From: a virus
Lineage: Duplodnaviria > Caudoviricetes
IMG/VR virus record: IMGVR_UViG_3300020539_000008
Coordinates: 1 to 33,442 of that record
Strand: one strand, 5' to 3'
DNA: 33,442 nucleotides
Shown: piece by piece, positions 6,733-14,961 of the stretch
Layout: every line of letters begins with the position of its first letter
How positions within the stretch are numbered: position 1 is the first letter of the stretch
The notes under the pieces: model-generated
Seen by the model: the letters and a program-made list of their open reading frames with translations, nothing else
Database searches by the model: none
Told to the model about the DNA's origin: nothing
Translations under genes and position numbers: made by a program

Positions 6733-7662
6733 TTAATTCAGCGAAGGCGTATTGGTCAGTACGGTCTCGAAGAAGGACTCATCGACCATCAATCGATTGA
6801 GCGTGGTAAGTGCACCAGTATTGATGCGGTCACTCACTTCAACCTGTCCACGGTCATCATAGTGGCGAGTGACTCGCTCCGTGATGGCATTGTATAGGTT
6901 GTAGAGATTGCGTCCGCTGTCTTCAGCATACGAAGGGCGTTGCCAGACTTGCGACACTTCCTTGTAGAAGCGTTCGCTCATCGTGCCCTTGTGCACGAGA
7001 TGTTGCAGGATGACTTCACCCTCACGCTGTTTGATGTCTCGGTCAGCGAGAGCACCGAACATTCGGAGAGAGTCTTCAAACTGCGTGACGGCTTGTGCGA
7101 TACCCAGCGACAAGAACTCAAGGCTGATTACGCCTTTGTGTCGCTTGTTAGCGGAGATTTCGTTGGTCAGCGAGGTCATGCCGTTGGTGCACACGAGGCG
7201 AAGCATCCCGACACGGAAGAGTGCTTGAGAAGAACCGTCATGCGAATTGCGGACGCTGATACGCATCGCAAGTTCGTCACCCTTGTTCATCTTCGTACCC
7301 TTCACGAACCTCGTGAAGTTGCCGAATGTGTAGTTGGTGCTCATGCGAGCACCGTAGTTCCAGACAATCGTGTCCTTCTTGAAGTTCGACAGGCCTTGGT
7401 TGTGAAACGCAAGTTCAGTCTTATCAAGCAGGTCACAATGCTGGATGACGGAGTAGTGCTGGGAGACTTGTCCCACCACGACACCGTTGTCATCACGCCT
7501 GTTGCACCAGTAGTTCGTAGGAGTTCCGTCTGCTGTGAACAGCGGCTCTTGCGATACGGTGAAGCATGCGTTGTCATCCGTGTCTTTAAGGCCATCGAGA
7601 TAGTTCTCCATGGTCTTCTTGTGGATGATGCGGTTGAGTTCCTTCTTATCTTGTTGTTTCAT
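6733..7662 (-). CDS. DUF932/DUF945-family phage protein
   Basis: YSVIQH, RNSHDGSS, RLVCTNGM, NLYNLYNAITE motifs. Confidence 0.85.
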   Translation of the reverse strand: MKQQDKKELNRIIHKKTMENYLDGLKDTDDNACFTVSQEPLFTADGTPTNYWCNRRDDNGVVVGQVSQHYSVIQHCDLLDKTELAFHNQGLSNFKKDTIVWNYGARMSTNYTFGNFTRFVKGTKMNKGDELAMRISVRNSHDGSSQALFRVGMLRLVCTNGMTSLTNEISANKRHKGVISLEFLSLGIAQAVTQFEDSLRMFGALADRDIKQREGEVILQHLVHKGTMSERFYKEVSQVWQRPSYAEDSGRNLYNLYNAITERVTRHYDDRGQVEVSDRINTGALTTLNRLMVDESFFETVLTNTPSLN

Positions 7663-7683
7663 GTTGTTGTTTTGGGTTTTGGG

Positions 7684-8244
7684 TTAGCCGTTGGCGGGAG
7701 TGCCTTCGGAAGGTTCTTCGTCTTTGCGTACACGAGAGTCGTAGAAGCGAGGCTTAGTTGCCTCGGCATCCGCAATCTTTTTGATTGCTTCGTATAGCGG
7801 TAGTTTTTCGTACTGCTCGTGGTCTTCGTGGTTGCGAGAGAATGACGCAAGGTCATCACCTGCTTCACGAGAGAGGGCACGAATTAGCCAGTCGTTCCAT
7901 TCACGCTTGGACTTGTGAGAGACATTAGTCCACAAGCCCCACAGATTGATAATGTCTGTGGGCTTTAACTTGTGCTTCTTGTCTCCGACATGCCATGTGT
8001 TGCTCCATCCAAGGTCATTAAGGATGTTCAAGCGGCGGTGACACTCTTTGAAGTTGTCTTCATTGAGCGGGTTGTTTGCCGTGTCGTACTGTAACGCAAG
8101 TTGCGTCCATACGAAACAGGTTGCCTCGACCCAGTTGCAGTTTTCTCCTTCACTATCTTTGTACTGGAAGTCTTCCAGTTTCTTGGGTTGGGCGTGATGT
8201 TTAGCCGTGTATTCGTCACACGGAAGGTGCCAATCTAGGCTCAT
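7684..8244 (-). CDS. Hypothetical protein
   Basis: 186-aa ORF with A/C-rich leader; GLWTNVS motif. Confidence 0.75.
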   Translation of the reverse strand: MSLDWHLPCDEYTAKHHAQPKKLEDFQYKDSEGENCNWVEATCFVWTQLALQYDTANNPLNEDNFKECHRRLNILNDLGWSNTWHVGDKKHKLKPTDIINLWGLWTNVSHKSKREWNDWLIRALSREAGDDLASFSRNHEDHEQYEKLPLYEAIKKIADAEATKPRFYDSRVRKDEEPSEGTPANG

Positions 8245-8268
8245 GGTGTTTGTGTTTGTGTTTGGTTG

Positions 8269-8607
8269 TTACTTGGTTTCTTCATCTTCCACACGGTCGA
8301 TGAAAGTGTCTCGATACTCGTCAACGATGCGGACAACCTTGATGACTGTCGCATCTACTTCGGAGTTTTCGGAAATGAATACTAGGTCTTTCGACAGACC
8401 GTGAGAGCAAGGGTCGAAGTTCACAGACCACTTGCCTGTGTGCTTAACCCATTGCTTGAACTCATGCATCAACTCTTGGGACATCGGGCTTGGGATGCCC
8501 AGATGAATTCCATCTTTGTTGATGAATGTGGTTCGTACTTTTACGAGGAGAGTTACCTCCGTGTATACTGAGGACAGCATGTCGCTGTATTGTGCTTCTT
8601 GTTCCAT
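8269..8607 (-). CDS. Hypothetical protein
   Basis: Start re-assigned to ATG 8607 (MEQEAQ), just after the upstream stop. Confidence 0.65.
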   Translation of the reverse strand: MEQEAQYSDMLSSVYTEVTLLVKVRTTFINKDGIHLGIPSPMSQELMHEFKQWVKHTGKWSVNFDPCSHGLSKDLVFISENSEVDATVIKVVRIVDEYRDTFIDRVEDEETK

Positions 8608-8608
8608 G

Positions 8609-9361
8609 TTATTTGGTGTTGCGGGTTGGGTTGATGAATGTGTTTGGGATTGCTTCTTTCTTGCGGGCTTTGCCTTTGGCACGAAGACCGATTACTAATC
8701 CAGCACGCTTGTCTAGTTTGTATCGCATGTCTGGGTTTAGAAAACGGAGGTCGTGTTTGTCTCCATCGAGCACGGTGTAGCCGTTCCATAGTTTCGGTAG
8801 CCTCTTGTTACGAGGCGTGTCGAAGACTACGGAAACATTGCCACCTTTCTCCAGCACGGTGAACGACTCATCAAGCCTACCCTCTGCGTGAGAGTAGGTG
8901 AGATGGTAGTTCTTCGGGCCGTATCCGTTAAGCCACATCAGAACTCTGTCTATCGATTTCGAGTAATCGTAGAATTGGATTTCTGGGAAGTTCTGGATGA
9001 CGCTGTCGAAGTGCCATTGCTCGTAGATGTCCGATGTTCCGTTGAGGCGAACGCATGGTTTCATCTTGTTCTTCTTACAGAACCGAATGTGAGCCTCGAT
9101 TTCTTTGCACAGTTGCTCGATGAACTCGGCTGTATGCTTTACCATGAACTTGGTTCGCTCGATGCGAGCCTTGTTCACGCTCGGATAAACCGAAGCGTAG
9201 CCAGAGTTGTACAAGCAAAGTGCACGACAGTCGTGCGTTGCCCAACGACAAGTGTTGGCGATGCCAGATGAATTTGACGGAGCCAAATACATGATGGCAG
9301 TCCTCCAACCAAGGCTGTCACCCTTGGTCGTCTTGGCGTTATTGAATGTTAGGAGTTTCAT
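8609..9361 (-). CDS. GP88-like protein (Cys-cluster protein of the phage gene product 88 family)
   Basis: MKLLTFNNAKTTKG, YLAP, CRWATHDCRALC, RLNGTSDI, FYDYSK, NYHLTYS, DGDKHDLRFL, GLRAKG. Confidence 0.8.
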   Translation of the reverse strand: MKLLTFNNAKTTKGDSLGWRTAIMYLAPSNSSGIANTCRWATHDCRALCLYNSGYASVYPSVNKARIERTKFMVKHTAEFIEQLCKEIEAHIRFCKKNKMKPCVRLNGTSDIYEQWHFDSVIQNFPEIQFYDYSKSIDRVLMWLNGYGPKNYHLTYSHAEGRLDESFTVLEKGGNVSVVFDTPRNKRLPKLWNGYTVLDGDKHDLRFLNPDMRYKLDKRAGLVIGLRAKGKARKKEAIPNTFINPTRNTK

Positions 9362-9950
9362 TATCGAACGGTGCGGCAGGGGTTGAATTGGCTTTGGAGT
9401 CGAACGCTTTTGCGAACAATTCCTTAATCGTCTTTTCAACCGTGTCCTTGACGAGGTCGTTAACCATCATCTTGAACCAGTCACGCTTGAGGTCATCAGC
9501 GATGGCATCGCTCATGTCGCCACGAGTCATGACATCGTCTTCGTTGAGGTGCTCGGACTTGAGCATCACATCGCTAGGACTGATGTCATCCTCGGTTAGC
9601 ATGCCTTGGTCACGCCTCAGACTGCGAGCGAGTTCGTGCAGTTGAGAGCCGCTCAAACTATCGAGAGCCTGCTCGACATCGTAAGTGATGTCACGGTTGT
9701 TACAGCAGTCATCCACGATGTCGCTGAAGTCGAAGTCTTCGATTGCCGACTTGACTGCTTCTTCGATTGCATCGCTTTGCACCTGCGTGTGTTCCTTAAT
9801 CAACTCAATCACACGCTCTTCGGTAAGCGATGTGGTTGCATTGTTTGTGGTTGCATCCGCAACCTTTTCGCCTATGGGCGTGAAGGTGATGCTGATGTTG
9901 TGGGTCATGTGCATCTCGTTAAGGAATGCACTTACTTCTTGTTCGGTCAT
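9339..9950 (-). CDS. Acidic hypothetical protein, first gene of early unit 3
   Basis: 203 aa, about 44 D/E versus 18 K/R by hand count. Confidence 0.75.
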   Translation of the reverse strand: MTEQEVSAFLNEMHMTHNISITFTPIGEKVADATTNNATTSLTEERVIELIKEHTQVQSDAIEEAVKSAIEDFDFSDIVDDCCNNRDITYDVEQALDSLSGSQLHELARSLRRDQGMLTEDDISPSDVMLKSEHLNEDDVMTRGDMSDAIADDLKRDWFKMMVNDLVKDTVEKTIKELFAKAFDSKANSTPAAPFDNETPNIQ

Positions 9951-9981
9951 GGTTGTTGTTTTGGTTTTGGGTTTGCCAGCC

Positions 9982-10025
9982 CCAGCGGCTCACCGACATT
10001 GATGAGTTATCGCTAGAACCGACAA
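9982..10025 (-). promoter_or_regulatory. Two-hairpin 5' leader element, copy B
   Basis: ttgtcg-gttctag-cgataa / ctcatc-aatgtc-ggtgag / ccgctgg. Confidence 0.55.
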
Positions 10026-10029
10026 ACCA

Positions 10030-10059
10030 ATCATACCATTGCTTGGGCAAACGCAATGG
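10030..10059 (-). promoter_or_regulatory. Conserved early promoter, copy 3, with perfect 7-bp dyad
   Basis: TTGCGT-N15-TATGAT with TG extension; ccattgc-N10-gcaatgg. Confidence 0.65.
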
Positions 10060-10178
10060 GGGCAGACCTCAATTCCGACCAATGAAATCAAGGGTTTGCT
10101 CGCTCACGCACCCAGCCTGTTGTTGTGGCTGAATCGCCTTTTTATGAAAATTTTTTTAGAATTCCTTTTGCCCAAAAA

Positions 10179-10649
10179 TTATCCCGCAGGAGGAGGAGGG
10201 TCTGAATTCGGAAGGTCAATGACTTCACCCTCAAGCATCTTGTTTAGGTGTTCGTGACTAATTCTGAGCCTGTTCTCAACAATGACGGTTGGCTGGTCTT
10301 GGAGCACGGCAATCTTATCAATCAAGATAGCCAGAGAAACTGGCATCATGCCAATCGGGATGTCGTTGATTTCGTTATTGAGGCGGTTAGCACCCTTCAT
10401 GACGATGTTCTTGAACAGGTCAGCGGTCTGCTTCTTGTAGTTGCCAATATCGATGTTGCAATCGCCCATGTCTTGCCTTACAGCGACCACGGTATGGCTG
10501 GACACCTTCACTTCATCTTCGATTTCCTTCTGCGTATGGCCTTGCTCCGTCATCCAAACGATTTTCTGTTTCTTTTCTGGGTCTAACTTCTCAAGAGAAA
10601 CAGACTTGCCATCGTTTTTGATTCTGTCTGGCTTAGACTCGTATTCCAT
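10179..10649 (-). CDS. HTH DNA-binding protein (possible terminase small subunit or regulator)
   Basis: LDPEKKQKIVWMTEQGHTQKEIEDEVKVSSHTVVAVR HTH pattern followed by a helical SLAILIDK segment. Confidence 0.6.
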   Translation of the reverse strand: MEYESKPDRIKNDGKSVSLEKLDPEKKQKIVWMTEQGHTQKEIEDEVKVSSHTVVAVRQDMGDCNIDIGNYKKQTADLFKNIVMKGANRLNNEINDIPIGMMPVSLAILIDKIAVLQDQPTVIVENRLRISHEHLNKMLEGEVIDLPNSDPPPPAG

Positions 10650-10663
10650 TTTTAACACATAAC

Positions 10664-11119
10664 ATGCACGAATTCCTAGGTCAAACAGAAACTTGGCTGG
10701 TTATCCCCCATGAACCGCCTACGAGCACCCACCAAGCGGCCCTAAGAGTCCTAAAGTCCAGCACAGGCAAGATGTTTGTGGGGAAGATGAAGAACAGCAA
10801 GATTAAGGGCTGGATGCGTACCTTTGAGCCTTGGGTGGCTGAATCTAAGCCCCAGCATCCCATGGAGGGGCCAGTCGAGGTTCACATCAAGTTGCTTTAC
10901 AGCCCTCCCAAATACTTGCTCAAAAAAATTCACAGGCTCAAGACCCTGCCCAAGACCACCAAACCAGACTGCGACAACGCTGTCAAGGTTATTTTGGACT
11001 TGTTCACAACTCACGGATACTGGCTTGACGATTCACAGGTCTGGAGTATAACCATTGAGAAGTACTGGAGCATCGAACCATCGGTGCAGGTACTCTTCAA
11101 ACACACAAAACAACAATGA
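10664..11119 (+). CDS. rusA: RusA-family Holliday junction resolvase
   Basis: TTKPDCDNAVKVILD and DDSQV catalytic motifs. Confidence 0.85.
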   Translation: MHEFLGQTETWLVIPHEPPTSTHQAALRVLKSSTGKMFVGKMKNSKIKGWMRTFEPWVAESKPQHPMEGPVEVHIKLLYSPPKYLLKKIHRLKTLPKTTKPDCDNAVKVILDLFTTHGYWLDDSQVWSITIEKYWSIEPSVQVLFKHTKQQ

Positions 11120-11895
11120 ACCCACAAGTACTAAACATCACGGAGGCCGAGTACCGCTCGCTTCCTCACCTCAACGCATCGAAGTTTAAGGCCTTCTTTA
11201 AGTCGCCTTACCACTTCTCTAAACAGGAGTCTCCCGAAGAGACCGAAGAGATGCGTATCGGCACGGCAGTTCATGCCCTGCTCCTTGAACCGAACACCTT
11301 TGCTGGCAAGTTCGCCTACGCTCCTGTCGGCCTTGACAGGCGTAAGACGGAGGACAAGCAGAAGTATGCTGAGTTCGTTGCCGCATCCAGCGGTAAGGTC
11401 GTCCTTAAGGGCGAGTCTCGTGAGATTGTCGATGGCTGTGTGAACGCCATCTCGTGCCACCCTACGGCTGTTAAGATTATGCGTAAGTGCGACACCGAGC
11501 AGGTGGTCGTTGCTGACCTTGTCGAGGGCGTTACCTGTAAGGGCAAACTGGACTTGATGTGCGTCCCTTGTGCCGTCTTGGCAGACATCAAAACGACCAG
11601 CCGAAGTGCCGACCACAAGGCCTTCACCTACGAGGTGGAAGACCGCCTGTACTGGCTACAGGCAGGGTTCTATGCCCTGCTTGCCGAGGCCATGTACCAG
11701 AAGGAGTTCAAGTTCTCGTTCATCGTGGTCGAGAAGGAGCCGCCCTTTGGTGTGGCGGTGCATGCCTTCTCTCCCGAACTGATGAAGCAGTGTAAGGATA
11801 AGGTTCGCCTGTTGCTCACGGAGTACAGCCATTGCCAGACCCACAATGCGTGGCGTGGCATCAATGACTCCGTCATCTCAAGCCTCCGCATCTAA
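11116..11895 (+). CDS. RecE/exonuclease VIII-like PD-(D/E)XK nuclease (DUF3799-like)
   Basis: LNASKFK, GTAVHALLLEP, CKGKLD, DIKTT, YWLQAGFY, FIVVEKEPP. Confidence 0.85.
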   Translation: MNPQVLNITEAEYRSLPHLNASKFKAFFKSPYHFSKQESPEETEEMRIGTAVHALLLEPNTFAGKFAYAPVGLDRRKTEDKQKYAEFVAASSGKVVLKGESREIVDGCVNAISCHPTAVKIMRKCDTEQVVVADLVEGVTCKGKLDLMCVPCAVLADIKTTSRSADHKAFTYEVEDRLYWLQAGFYALLAEAMYQKEFKFSFIVVEKEPPFGVAVHAFSPELMKQCKDKVRLLLTEYSHCQTHNAWRGINDSVISSLRI

Positions 11896-11896
11896 C

Positions 11897-12538
11897 ATGA
11901 GTCCAAAGTTTACTGGCGTATGGGTTCCAAAGGAAGTCTTGGAACACGAGGGTCTCACTGTCACCGAGAAGGTGGCTTATGGGATTATTGACTCTCTGGA
12001 TGGGGAGGACGGTTGCTACGCCTCCAATGGCTACCTAGGCCGTATCTTGGGGGTATCCCCGAGGCAGGTGAAGAACATCGTCAACGCCCTGCTGGAGGCT
12101 GGCCTTATCACCCGACAGGTGGAGGCCAACCAGCACGGCTCTGTGCGGTATCTGCACACGGTAGCCAAGAAGGCCTTGGTCGAGGTAACCAATTTCCCTA
12201 GGGCTGGGAAATCTGTTGCACCCGAGGAGGGAACTCTACTTCCCCCTAATAGAAAAGAAGATAAAAAAGAGGATAAACCTACCCTAACCCTTCCTTATGG
12301 TGAGCCTTTCCAGTTGGCTTGGGAGAAGTGGGTAGCATACAGGATTGAAATCAAGAAGGCCATGAAGCCCACCACGATGCGTGAGCAGTTGTCCATGCTC
12401 GCAGGATGGGGTAGCGAGTCGAAGGCCGTGAACTCAATCAACAAAAGCATTGCCATGGGCTGGCAGGGGCTTTTTGCTGACAACGCAGTCAAATCCAAAC
12501 CAACACTAACTAACAACGACCATGCCAGAGGTTTCTAA
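11897..12538 (+). CDS. Phage replication initiator (N-terminal winged HTH, lambda O-like layout)
   Basis: FTGVWVP, GCYASNGYLGRILGVS, central iteron-coded linker, C-terminal WEKWVAYR...SIAMGWQGLF; close upstream of a DnaC-like gene. Confidence 0.8.
   Translation: MSPKFTGVWVPKEVLEHEGLTVTEKVAYGIIDSLDGEDGCYASNGYLGRILGVSPRQVKNIVNALLEAGLITRQVEANQHGSVRYLHTVAKKALVEVTNFPRAGKSVAPEEGTLLPPNRKEDKKEDKPTLTLPYGEPFQLAWEKWVAYRIEIKKAMKPTTMREQLSMLAGWGSESKAVNSINKSIAMGWQGLFADNAVKSKPTLTNNDHARGF
12183..12277 (+). other. Putative replication origin inside the initiator gene
   Basis: aggtaaccaatttccc (12183), gggaaatctgttgcac (12206), gggaactctacttccc (12229) at 23-bp period, followed by an A-rich tract at 12248-12277. 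Confidence 0.7.
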
Positions 12539-12746
12539 ACCCTCCATCAAGGAGGCTGTCTACGAAGCGTTCACGCTGAAGAAGCCAGCCTCGTTCATCC
12601 ACACCAACTACGGCTACTCTTACCCTGCTATCAACAGGGCTAAGAAGCGTATGGACATCACCCTCGTGAAGTTTCGCAAGGATGACTACATCATGCAACT
12701 GGAGCGTGAACTCCACGAACTGAGGACCAAGTACAATGTCAAGTAA
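12522..12746 (+). CDS. Hypothetical protein
   Basis: 74-aa ORF overlapping both neighbours. Confidence 0.65.
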   Translation: MPEVSKPSIKEAVYEAFTLKKPASFIHTNYGYSYPAINRAKKRMDITLVKFRKDDYIMQLERELHELRTKYNVK

Positions 12747-13425
12747 GTGCGTCCACTGCAAGTCTGACGCAGTCCCTGTGTGGGACTCGTCCAGCCAGAA
12801 GTTCAAGCCCTACATCGCTGTGTGCCTTGAGTGCTTCAAGACCAAGGAGCATCACGAGTATCCGTTCAACTACCTTGAGGTGTTCACCAAGAACCATTGG
12901 CAGTTTGCGGCTATCCATCCGTCTACCCCGAGTGCCTTCATGGCTACTAGGGATAGTCTGCTTTCTCCCGCTATGCAGAAGGCAATCGAGGAGTATCGCC
13001 CCAGCAAGACCCAGAGCATCCTGCTCCATGGCGTGACTGGGACTGGCAAGACTCGTGCCGCTTGGCGTATCTACAACATGGCTTGGCTCAACGCTTACCC
13101 ACAGCGTTCCGAGTTCATCACCATGCGTAGGCTGGAACAGAAGATTGAGGAGGGCTTCAAGAACGGCAACCATGGCGAAGTCCTTGAGCGTCTCATCGAC
13201 TGTGCCGTGCTGTGCATCGATGACCTTGGCAAGGAGCGTCTGACGGCTCGCATGGAGTCAGACCTGTTCGCCATCATCGATGAGCGTACCGCCAACGAGA
13301 GGGCTACAATTATCACCACGAATTATAACGGTAGCGGACTTTCCGAACGCTTCCAGAATTCCGAAACTGGTAGTGCCATCGTCCGTAGGTTGAAGGACTA
13401 CTTCAAAATCTATGGGGCTTCTTAA
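12736..13425 (+). CDS. DnaC/IstB-like AAA+ ATPase (helicase loader)
   Basis: CxxC...CxxC N-terminus, Walker A GVTGTGKT, Walker B LCIDDLGKE, IIDER, TIITTN. Confidence 0.88.
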   Translation: MSSKCVHCKSDAVPVWDSSSQKFKPYIAVCLECFKTKEHHEYPFNYLEVFTKNHWQFAAIHPSTPSAFMATRDSLLSPAMQKAIEEYRPSKTQSILLHGVTGTGKTRAAWRIYNMAWLNAYPQRSEFITMRRLEQKIEEGFKNGNHGEVLERLIDCAVLCIDDLGKERLTARMESDLFAIIDERTANERATIITTNYNGSGLSERFQNSETGSAIVRRLKDYFKIYGAS

Positions 13426-13870
13426 TGTATCAACTCTCTGCCTCATCCTCGCTCTTGTGGCACCCTCAAGCCATGCGTCAGAAATGGGCAGAGTTCTTGA
13501 CGCTGTCTCATGGGCAGAGTCCAAGGGCGTACCTACCACAGGTGATGGAGGCCGCTCCGTTTCCTCGTACCAAATATACGACATCACTTGGCGGCACATC
13601 ACTGAGATACGAAAAGCCAAGGGACTCAAGACATACCCTCACTCTAAGCACCCAAGCGAGTCTGTCGCACGAGAGTACGCCAAGTCCTACCTTGAGTGGC
13701 TATCTGAGATGCATCAGAAGCACCGACTGGCACGACCTTCGCCAGAGGTATTATATCTCATGTACACCATGGGCTGGTCTGCCGCTAGGGCAATCGGGTT
13801 CGACTATCATCTTGCACCTTCTTACAAGCAAAATGGTGTCAAGCGTTTTCGTCTAAAATACTATGAATAA
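13412..13870 (+). CDS. Lysozyme-like / transglycosylase protein with N-terminal signal peptide
   Basis: Hydrophobic N-terminus ending SHA; AVSWAES catalytic-Glu motif, GDGGRS..YQI...W. Confidence 0.6.
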   Translation: MGLLNVSTLCLILALVAPSSHASEMGRVLDAVSWAESKGVPTTGDGGRSVSSYQIYDITWRHITEIRKAKGLKTYPHSKHPSESVAREYAKSYLEWLSEMHQKHRLARPSPEVLYLMYTMGWSAARAIGFDYHLAPSYKQNGVKRFRLKYYE

Positions 13871-14072
13871 ATCCGAAGAATACTGGGAGAACAAGTGCTC
13901 CTACATTAAGCACCATTATTCACTTGCGGAAATGCACTTGGACGAGATACTGTCCGACATAACAGACCCAGAGAAGCGAAAGATGCATGCCCACAAAGTG
14001 TCTTTCCGCAAAAACCTGTTTGACAAAGCAATCAAGGCCGATACCTTTACAACTTCCACCCACCATGAATAA
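13863..14072 (+). CDS. Hypothetical protein
   Basis: 69-aa ORF coupled to its neighbours. Confidence 0.6.
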   Translation: MNKSEEYWENKCSYIKHHYSLAEMHLDEILSDITDPEKRKMHAHKVSFRKNLFDKAIKADTFTTSTHHE

Positions 14073-14268
14073 CGAACACAGCCAAGTAATCAACGCACAG
14101 AAATATGTCATCCTTTCGGACGGACGGATGGCACGACTGCTGAAGCCTGTAAAGGTTTCCAAGTACAACTACTACACCTACCGTCAAGACGATGGCAAGG
14201 TCAAGCGGGTCAACATCGATTGCATCGATAGCGTCCGCAAGTCTCTCACCCAAACCCAAACTAACTAA
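14065..14268 (+). CDS. Hypothetical protein
   Basis: ATG 14065; YVILSDGRMARLLKP. Confidence 0.65.
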   Translation: MNNEHSQVINAQKYVILSDGRMARLLKPVKVSKYNYYTYRQDDGKVKRVNIDCIDSVRKSLTQTQTN

Positions 14269-14273
14269 TACCC

Positions 14274-14954
14274 ATGGACGAAAACTCGTTTGAAAATCGA
14301 CAGGCCAAACTTTGTGCGGCCCTTGTCAAAGCCATTGCGGAACTGGAGGATGTCCAAGCGGACTCCACCAATCCATTTCATAAAAATTCCTATGCCAGCC
14401 TATCGGCTCATTTGAAGCAAATTAAGCCAGTGTTCTCCAAGCACGGCCTTGCTATCATCCAATGCCCTGTTGGCATTGACGGTAGCATTGGTGTCCGAAC
14501 CATTGTCATCCATGAAGATGGCGGCTCGCTTGAAGCGGACTGCACCATCAAGGCTGACGATAAGATGGACGGTCAGAAGGCTGGCTCTATCATCTCGTAC
14601 ATCAGACGCTATTCGCTGGCCTCCGTGGCGGGTATCGCTACGGCTGATGACGATGCAGAGACCGTCCGTGTGGCTAACACTCCTGCCCCTTCCAAGTTCA
14701 TTCCTAACCCTACCTACACGCCCTCCAGCGGTGAACCCGACTTCACCCTTGCTGTGCCGTTTGGTAAGGCCAAGGGTACTGCTCTGCAAGACCTGCCTGT
14801 GAGCGACCTTGACTACTGGGCGAACAAGTGGGAGCCGAAGCCGTGGGAAAAGACTGGTAAGGTCAACCCCAAGGACTTGCTCCTCAAGAAGTCCGCACAA
14901 GCCTTGCATGCCATGAAGTCGTCCCAGCCCTCTGGTGACGATGTACCCTACTAA
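14274..14954 (+). CDS. erf: ERF-family single-strand annealing protein
   Basis: NPFHKNSYASL, GSIISYIRRYSLASVAGIATADDDA; C-terminal PFGKAKG module. Confidence 0.88.
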   Translation: MDENSFENRQAKLCAALVKAIAELEDVQADSTNPFHKNSYASLSAHLKQIKPVFSKHGLAIIQCPVGIDGSIGVRTIVIHEDGGSLEADCTIKADDKMDGQKAGSIISYIRRYSLASVAGIATADDDAETVRVANTPAPSKFIPNPTYTPSSGEPDFTLAVPFGKAKGTALQDLPVSDLDYWANKWEPKPWEKTGKVNPKDLLLKKSAQALHAMKSSQPSGDDVPY

Positions 14955-14961
14955 GTAACTA

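Noticed and set aside
6940-7797. 285-aa plus-strand ORF
   Set aside because: Antisense shadow of the DUF932 gene; no motifs or leader
4867-9975. (aaaccc)n runs as telomere-like repeats, microsatellites or CRISPR repeats
   Set aside because: Irregular, always directly 5' of start codons and not regularly spaced; better explained as translation leaders
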